Below are positions 33,025 through 38,385 of a stretch of DNA of 38,385 nt, one piece after another. The stretch lies in IMG/VR virus record IMGVR_UViG_3300021476_000010, positions 1 to 38,385 of that record. One strand, written 5' to 3'. The notes beneath the pieces were generated by a model. That model searched no databases. It saw only the letters and a program-made list of their open reading frames with translations, and was not told where the DNA came from. Origin of the DNA: a virus. The first letter of the stretch is position 1, and each line of letters starts with the position of its first letter. The translations under genes were made by a program, and so were the position numbers.

Positions 33025-34466
33025 TGACTGAGCCACAATTTAGTTATATACCAGTGCGAGATAAAAAACCTCTTATTGATTGGAAAGAATATCAAACCCG
33101 ATTTGCTTCAAGTATTGAAATTGATACTTGGCGCAAACAGTTTGAAAATAGTACCCTCGGTATTGTTACTGGTTCTATTAGCAATATTTTAGTTTTAGAT
33201 ATAGATGGAGACGTGGGTAAACAATCAGTACAAAATATCGCCGGAGGTCTTCCTGCTACGTGGGTCAGCAAAACTATAAAAGGCTGGCACTATTATTTTA
33301 AATGGAACGATCAACTAAAATTGTATCCTACCACAAAAGTTGGCATATTGCCACACGTTGACATACGTGGTGAAGGTGGCTATGTAGTTAAATATGAGTG
33401 GTGTAAGGGACATAGCCCATTGGATTTGGAGTTAGCTGACATACCACAGTGGTTATTAGACTTAATAACTTACCAAGAAATTGAACAAAAAGAAACTAAT
33501 AAAGCTGGATGGATATTAGAAACTATCAGTAATTTAAAAAAAGGAAACAGACATTATTCATTTTCTAAACTAGTGGGCAAATTAAATCGGGATGGTTGGT
33601 CTAAAGAAGATATATTTGCTGTTCTTAAACCACATGCAGAATCATGTGATTTTGATATTAAGAATCTTTGGGATGAAATTTTAAGAATGAGTAATAGGTA
33701 TTCAGACCAAAGTAAATCAAATGAATTGAAAGGAATTGAAGCTAGTAAACTATTAGCCGAATCTAATGATACTTTTGAGTGGTTAGTCGATGGTATTATA
33801 CCTAAAGAAGGGATTAGTATTATTGCTGGCGCTCCCGGCTATGGAAAATCATGGCTATTACTCGATCTTGCGATTGATTTAAGTACTGGCTCTAAATGGT
33901 TAGGTAAGTTTATTACATGTCCTTCAAAAGTAATGTATATAGATGAAGAATCTTCTAAAAATTTATTACGTTATAGACTCAGAAAGTTGTTAAATTTTAA
34001 AGAGTTGAAGTCTGATTTGCTACGTATAAACTTTTATATTGGAGAGGGGCTATCATTTAGTAATCCAAAGTCTTTGGAAAATTTGAAGTACAATATACAA
34101 ATTTCTAATAGTTCTATTGTAATAGTTGATTCATTAATTCGTGTCCATAGTGCTGAAGAAAATAATGCAACGGCTATGGCCGAAATGTTTTCTAAAGTAA
34201 AACAAATAGTTAGAGAATTCAATTGTACAATTATATTTGCAGATCATACTAGAAAACAAGGATTTATTGAAAGTTCAGTAGATCAACAATTAAGAGGAAC
34301 ATCGGAAAAGATGGCTGCTATTGATAGCAGCTTGGTTTTGAATAGAATTGGAAATAACTTATTAATTGATCACGCAAAATCTAGATTTTCAGAGCCGATT
34401 AAGTCTTTTGAAGTTGGAATTGTAGATATAGATTCTACAAAAACACAAGTGAGGTATATTGGATGA
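33024..34466 (+). CDS. Bifunctional primase-polymerase (Prim-Pol) / RepA-like (RecA-fold) helicase
   Basis: N-terminal LVLDIDGD, GWHYYF and DIRGEGGYVV. C-terminal Walker A AGAPGYGKSW and Walker B-like IVIVDSL. An alternative ATG lies at 33012. Confidence 0.85.
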   Translation: MTEPQFSYIPVRDKKPLIDWKEYQTRFASSIEIDTWRKQFENSTLGIVTGSISNILVLDIDGDVGKQSVQNIAGGLPATWVSKTIKGWHYYFKWNDQLKLYPTTKVGILPHVDIRGEGGYVVKYEWCKGHSPLDLELADIPQWLLDLITYQEIEQKETNKAGWILETISNLKKGNRHYSFSKLVGKLNRDGWSKEDIFAVLKPHAESCDFDIKNLWDEILRMSNRYSDQSKSNELKGIEASKLLAESNDTFEWLVDGIIPKEGISIIAGAPGYGKSWLLLDLAIDLSTGSKWLGKFITCPSKVMYIDEESSKNLLRYRLRKLLNFKELKSDLLRINFYIGEGLSFSNPKSLENLKYNIQISNSSIVIVDSLIRVHSAEENNATAMAEMFSKVKQIVREFNCTIIFADHTRKQGFIESSVDQQLRGTSEKMAAIDSSLVLNRIGNNLLIDHAKSRFSEPIKSFEVGIVDIDSTKTQVRYIG

Positions 34467-34678
34467 TGTTATGTTTAAAGTGTAGTGAGCCTATCTTGAG
34501 AAATGATTTAGTCCGTATAGTTTGTATTTGTCGATATGTACAACCTTCAAGCGAAGGATATGGATTAGATTTTATATCCCAAGAGCATATAGAACATAAT
34601 AGTTGTAATCCAAAACCATGGTACATTAAATTTTGGTTAAAAGTAAAAATGCCAAAAGAGGTAAAGGAACTATTATGA
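34463..34678 (+). CDS. Hypothetical Cys-containing protein (71 aa)
   Basis: ATGA coupling on both sides. Confidence 0.45.
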   Translation: MMLCLKCSEPILRNDLVRIVCICRYVQPSSEGYGLDFISQEHIEHNSCNPKPWYIKFWLKVKMPKEVKELL

Positions 34679-35196
34679 GTGTAAAAGTCTATTTGGCGCA
34701 AGCTATGACTGGCTTATCTGGTAATGAGATATGGAAAAGATTAGAGACAGCGAGACAAATATTTCTTGAAAATGGAATTGAAATATTAAGTCCTGTTATA
34801 GAAGAAGGAATTAAACCACAAATTAAAAAAGTTAGCGCATCTAGAGAAGATTTAATAAATTTTTGGAAAAGAGATAAAGAATTAATACGTAAAGCTAATG
34901 TTATTGTGGATTTAACACCCGAAAAGAAATCAGAGGGCGTAGCGCATGAAATTGGGTACGCCAGATATTTTTTATGGAAACCTATTGTACGAGTTTATGA
35001 TATATGTTCAGCCCCCTCAAGTTCATCATCTGTAGCCTATTTTGAAGATGATCTATTAATAACTGGCCTACCTTATGCTGCTCTGTGGATTAAAGAAAAA
35101 TGGGGAAGTCGTTATAAACGATTTATTTGGAGAATAAAATTATATAATAGATGTTATATTAAAGGGTTGTATTATAAATTATTGGAGTGGTTTTAA
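34675..35196 (+). CDS. Nucleoside 2-deoxyribosyltransferase-like protein
   Basis: VYLAQAMTG...ANVIVDLTPEKKSEGVAHEIGYA follows the family layout, including the catalytic-Glu context E-x-G-Y-A. Confidence 0.6.
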   Translation: MSVKVYLAQAMTGLSGNEIWKRLETARQIFLENGIEILSPVIEEGIKPQIKKVSASREDLINFWKRDKELIRKANVIVDLTPEKKSEGVAHEIGYARYFLWKPIVRVYDICSAPSSSSSVAYFEDDLLITGLPYAALWIKEKWGSRYKRFIWRIKLYNRCYIKGLYYKLLEWF

Positions 35197-35393
35197 TGAA
35201 ACGGTCTACTATTGCTAGAATTGCTTTAATAAGTTATGGGTTAAACTTCTCCGCCCTTTGGCTAGGAGTAATAGTTCATAACTGGTTGTTTGTTAGTTTA
35301 TCTGGTCTTTGGATAGTGCTTATTTCTCACTGGTTTGAAAAGAATTATTTTGATAAGGAGAATACAGATGCCGTACATAAAGAAAGAGATTAG
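35196..35393 (+). CDS. Small two-pass membrane protein (65 aa)
   Basis: TAATG coupling. Two hydrophobic helices. Confidence 0.5.
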   Translation: MKRSTIARIALISYGLNFSALWLGVIVHNWLFVSLSGLWIVLISHWFEKNYFDKENTDAVHKERD

Positions 35394-35739
35394 GGAAAAA
35401 CTTAGACAAGGAATTAAACCTGCAACGGTTGGCGATCTTAATTATCTTTATTCTTTGATTATTTATTCTGAATGGAAAAAGAATGAATCTTATACTACAA
35501 TTCATAAATTGAGAACCTCGGTTGAGAAGCCGCATACTTTTGATCCAATATGGGAACTTACTAAAAGGTTTAAATTTTCAGGATGGTTAGATAGTGATTT
35601 ACAAACTGCAAGAGAATTAGCTTTTAATGAATTTTATCGAAGATTTGCTTCAAAGTATGAAGATTCTAAGATGCTTGAAAATGGAGATTTTGTTGATGAT
35701 ATATATTTAGCTGAGATTATCAATGGACATAATAAATAA
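35368..35739 (+). CDS. Conserved phage protein of unknown function (123 aa)
   Basis: AAGGAG RBS. PATVGDLNYLYS...AFNEFYRRFASKYEDSKMLENGD matches a recurrent phage family pattern (recalled from memory). Confidence 0.6.
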   Translation: MPYIKKEIREKLRQGIKPATVGDLNYLYSLIIYSEWKKNESYTTIHKLRTSVEKPHTFDPIWELTKRFKFSGWLDSDLQTARELAFNEFYRRFASKYEDSKMLENGDFVDDIYLAEIINGHNK

Positions 35740-36169
35740 TTGTCCTCATAAGTATATAAACCTAAATGGAGTTTGTATTTCTTGTGGGTATGAATTTAAA
35801 GTAATAAATAAAGAGGATAAAATGGATGGTCAAGTTTTAAAGTCAGGAGAAAAGAAAGATGAAGGAAAACTTAGGTGGGAGTTATTGTCCTATGATGCAG
35901 TTGAAGGTATCGTTAAAGTTCTTACTATGGGTGCAAAAAAATATCAAGCTCGTAATTGGGAGTTAGGTATTGATTATGGACGGGTATTTGGGGCACTCCA
36001 ACGTCATCTTACCGCTTGGTGGCGTAATGAAAACAATGATTCCGAGAGTGGGTTATCACACTTGGATCATGCACTCTGTGAATTAATGTTTCTTAGCGCA
36101 TATGAAAAACGAAATATGACACAATTTGATGATCGCCCTCGTAAGAATAATGATAGACCTACTTACTAA
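35723..36169 (+). CDS. dATP/dGTP diphosphohydrolase-like (DUF5664-type all-alpha NTP pyrophosphohydrolase) with possible N-terminal zinc finger
   Basis: DEGKLRWELLSYDAVEGIVKVLTMGAKKYQARNWELG...ALQRHLTAWW...DSESGLSHLDHALCELMFL. An alternative start at 35822 follows AAAGAGGA. Confidence 0.55.
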   Translation: MDIINNCPHKYINLNGVCISCGYEFKVINKEDKMDGQVLKSGEKKDEGKLRWELLSYDAVEGIVKVLTMGAKKYQARNWELGIDYGRVFGALQRHLTAWWRNENNDSESGLSHLDHALCELMFLSAYEKRNMTQFDDRPRKNNDRPTY

Positions 36170-36308
36170 AATTAAAATTACAGGTATTTGGTTATTAGTA
36201 TATTTAGCAATTTGGATATTACTTCCTGTAGGAGTTTTTTTATATGTCATCTATACAACAAGCTGGACTATCTCCCAACTTATTAAACTTTGGCGTTCAA
36301 AAATATAA
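36126..36308 (+). CDS. Small membrane protein (start uncertain, alternative at 36150)
   Basis: Hydrophobic helix GIWLLVYLAIWILLPVGVFLYVIY. It overlaps both neighbours, so coding is uncertain. Confidence 0.35.
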   Translation: MMIALVRIMIDLLTKIKITGIWLLVYLAIWILLPVGVFLYVIYTTSWTISQLIKLWRSKI

Positions 36309-37989
36309 AAGTGAACTATTAATAGACTCTAAGTCTATTTTTAATAATAAATCTAAACTTTGGGTTATTGATGTTGAAACTAATGAGAAAGATCAATTTG
36401 TAGGACTAGCGCTTACTAATAATCAAGACTATGTTTACTATTTTTCGGTATTAAATCAAGAACTAGTAACGTGGCTTCAATTTAAAAGTTTAATAGGTCA
36501 TAATATTAAATTCGATGCAAAGTTACTTAAACAGTGGAGTGTGTCTTTAAATGCCGATAATTTATATGGTGATACAATGCTTATGAGTTATGTTCAAAAT
36601 ACTACTAAAGAATCTCATGGTCTTAAAGAATTAGCAAAAGAACATACTAAATTAGAGTGGCCTACATATAAAGAAATTGTCGGTAAAGGGCGTAAAAAAG
36701 TAACATTAGATAAACAACCAATGGAACTAGTAGCTAATTATTGTGGTATGGATGTATTAGCTACTTTAAGTCTTTATAATTATTACAATCGAATTTTAAC
36801 TCCCATACAACGGCATATATTAAATAATATTGAACTGCCTATTATGCGTCTTCTCTTTAATATGGAATTACAGGGAATAAATATTGATTTTAAGTATCTT
36901 TGTGAGCTTAAAGAAAAATTTAGTAAAGAATCATTCGATACATTAAGTTTATTGTCTAATCTAGGTTTGTCTAATCCACGTTCTCCTAAACAGGTTGTAG
37001 AATGGTTAAAAAAAGAGGGAATTAATGTTGAAAGTAGTGATCAGAGAGTTTTACAAGATTATAAAGCAAAATCGCCCATTTCTTTATTACTTCAATATCG
37101 AGAAGCCTTTAAACTACTATCTACATATGTTGAACCTCTTTTAGAAAGAGCACCAAAAATTCATACAACATTTAATCAAATTACATACTCTAAATCAGAT
37201 GATAAGTGGCTTGGAATTCGTACAGGAAGGCTATCAAGTTCTGAACCTAATCTTCATAATATTCCAGTTCGTACTAATACGGGCAAGCTACTCCGTAAAG
37301 TTTTTATTGCCCCAAAGGATAAATTATTGATATGTGCAGATTACTCACAAATTGAATATCGATTATTGGCTCACTTTAGTGGTCAAAAAGATTTAATAGA
37401 GGCTTTTAAAGAAGGAAAAGATATTCATGAAGAAACTGGAAAAATACTCGGGGCTGATAGAAAACTTGGTAAAACGCTTAATTTTGCAGCCATTTATGGA
37501 GCAGGAGCTGAAAAAATTAGCAAAACAGCCCAAATATCAAGAGAAGATTCTGAAAGATTTTTAGCGTTATATTGGTCAAAATTAGGAGACGTTAAAAAAT
37601 GGATACAACGAGTTAAACACGCTGTTAAATTGTATAAAGGAATCAAAACAATATTAGGCCATTGGATACCTTTACCAGGTATAAATTCATCTAATCCTTA
37701 TGAAGTTTTTCATTGGGAGCGGGCCGCTGTAAATTATATAATTCAGGGAAGTGCTGCTGAAATTATTAAATTAGCTATGTTAGTAGTTGATAAAAATGGT
37801 TATCATCCTATTCTTCAGGTTCACGATGAGTTATTATTTGAAGTTCCAGCTAAAGATTTTATTGAGCCGATATCTCCTAATCATCCTTTAATTATTCAGC
37901 ATATAATGGAATCAGTTATTTCTTTACGAGTTCCTGTAGTCGTAGATATTGGATATGGTAAAAATTGGTCAGAAGCTAAAGGAGAATAA
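36244..37989 (+). CDS. Family A DNA polymerase with 3'-5' exonuclease domain
   Basis: ExoI VIDVETNE. Motif A ICADYSQIEYRLLAH, motif B RKLGKTLNFAAIYGAG, motif C LQVHDELLFE. Confidence 0.9.
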   Translation: MSSIQQAGLSPNLLNFGVQKYKSELLIDSKSIFNNKSKLWVIDVETNEKDQFVGLALTNNQDYVYYFSVLNQELVTWLQFKSLIGHNIKFDAKLLKQWSVSLNADNLYGDTMLMSYVQNTTKESHGLKELAKEHTKLEWPTYKEIVGKGRKKVTLDKQPMELVANYCGMDVLATLSLYNYYNRILTPIQRHILNNIELPIMRLLFNMELQGINIDFKYLCELKEKFSKESFDTLSLLSNLGLSNPRSPKQVVEWLKKEGINVESSDQRVLQDYKAKSPISLLLQYREAFKLLSTYVEPLLERAPKIHTTFNQITYSKSDDKWLGIRTGRLSSSEPNLHNIPVRTNTGKLLRKVFIAPKDKLLICADYSQIEYRLLAHFSGQKDLIEAFKEGKDIHEETGKILGADRKLGKTLNFAAIYGAGAEKISKTAQISREDSERFLALYWSKLGDVKKWIQRVKHAVKLYKGIKTILGHWIPLPGINSSNPYEVFHWERAAVNYIIQGSAAEIIKLAMLVVDKNGYHPILQVHDELLFEVPAKDFIEPISPNHPLIIQHIMESVISLRVPVVVDIGYGKNWSEAKGE

Positions 37990-38202
37990 ATGGATACACC
38001 AAAGTTAAATTTAGACGCACAATTAGCTATTCAAAAACTTAAGGAAATTATGAACAAAGAATTTGATTCAGAAGTTTCTCAGTACTTTCCCGATACTTTA
38101 AATTTTCAAGGTGTTTTAGAACTTCAAAAAATTAGATGTTTACAAAAAATATCGTTTGCATTAATAAGTATTGCTCAATTAGAAAAAGAGGTTCAATCAT
38201 GA
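37990..38202 (+). CDS. Hypothetical protein (70 aa)
   Basis: Starts 1 nt after the polymerase stop. Confidence 0.5.
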   Translation: MDTPKLNLDAQLAIQKLKEIMNKEFDSEVSQYFPDTLNFQGVLELQKIRCLQKISFALISIAQLEKEVQS

Positions 38203-38360
38203 AAAGAAAGTGCAGGAACTGTCTTAAAAGTCTGCCTAGTGGAGAGTATTTTTGTGAACAATGTTGTAACAATTCTAAATGTCAGAAAGAACCAAATCTA
38301 GAGGCACTTCAATTCCTTGCTGAGTGGAGACTTTGGAAACCTGAAAATTTTAGGGAGTAA
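38199..38360 (+). CDS. Mini zinc-ribbon protein (53 aa) spanning the terminal overlap
   Basis: ATGA coupling. MKRKCRNCLKSLPSGEYFCEQCCNNSKCQ. Its 3' end is duplicated at 1-102 of the window. Confidence 0.55.
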   Translation: MKRKCRNCLKSLPSGEYFCEQCCNNSKCQKEPNLEALQFLAEWRLWKPENFRE

Positions 38361-38385
38361 AATTAATAGGGATGGTGCAATTATG
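38259..38385. repeat. Terminal overlap, identical to 1-127
   Basis: Direct comparison of both ends. Confidence 0.95.

Noticed and set aside
34435-34701. 88-aa minus-strand ORF antisense to the primase end and the following genes
   Set aside because: It is on the opposite strand to a translationally coupled gene chain, and its composition is implausible.

Overview
The window is a complete, circularly closed genome of a low-GC dsDNA phage. Bases 1-127 are identical to 38259-38385, so the unit length is 38,258 bp. There is no tape-measure, sheath or tail-tube gene, which suggests a podovirus-like (short-tailed) virion. Two gene arms diverge from a strongly AT-rich control region at 26554-26905 and converge at a hairpin near 4449-4470. 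The minus arm (26553 down to 4519) holds terS, a 650-bp stretch of broken ORFs, terL, portal, scaffold and an HK97-fold major capsid protein. After these come many small virion ORFs interrupted by a frameshifted HNH endonuclease, then adaptor, tail fibre, a repeat protein, a 998-aa tail protein, three A/G/Q-rich internal-protein candidates and a PurD-like ATP-grasp ligase. The plus arm (26906 through the junction to 4430) starts with two tandem paralogous mini early genes. It continues with a lysis cluster (3D-domain protein, sigma-region-4-like HTH, DUF5675-like, 3TM holin), replication genes (SSB-like, PD-(D/E)xK exonuclease, endonuclease VII, primase-helicase, family A polymerase) and a nucleotide-pool cluster (deoxyribosyltransferase-like, dNTP diphosphohydrolase-like). 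It ends with an RHH / nuclease / phosphoesterase / membrane-anchored serine protease cassette and a swarm of mini zinc-ribbon ORFs. About a dozen real-looking genes are shorter than 60 aa and are missing from the supplied ORF track. No tRNA, CRISPR array, integrase or reverse transcriptase was seen. All family assignments rest on motif recognition by eye, because no searches were run.
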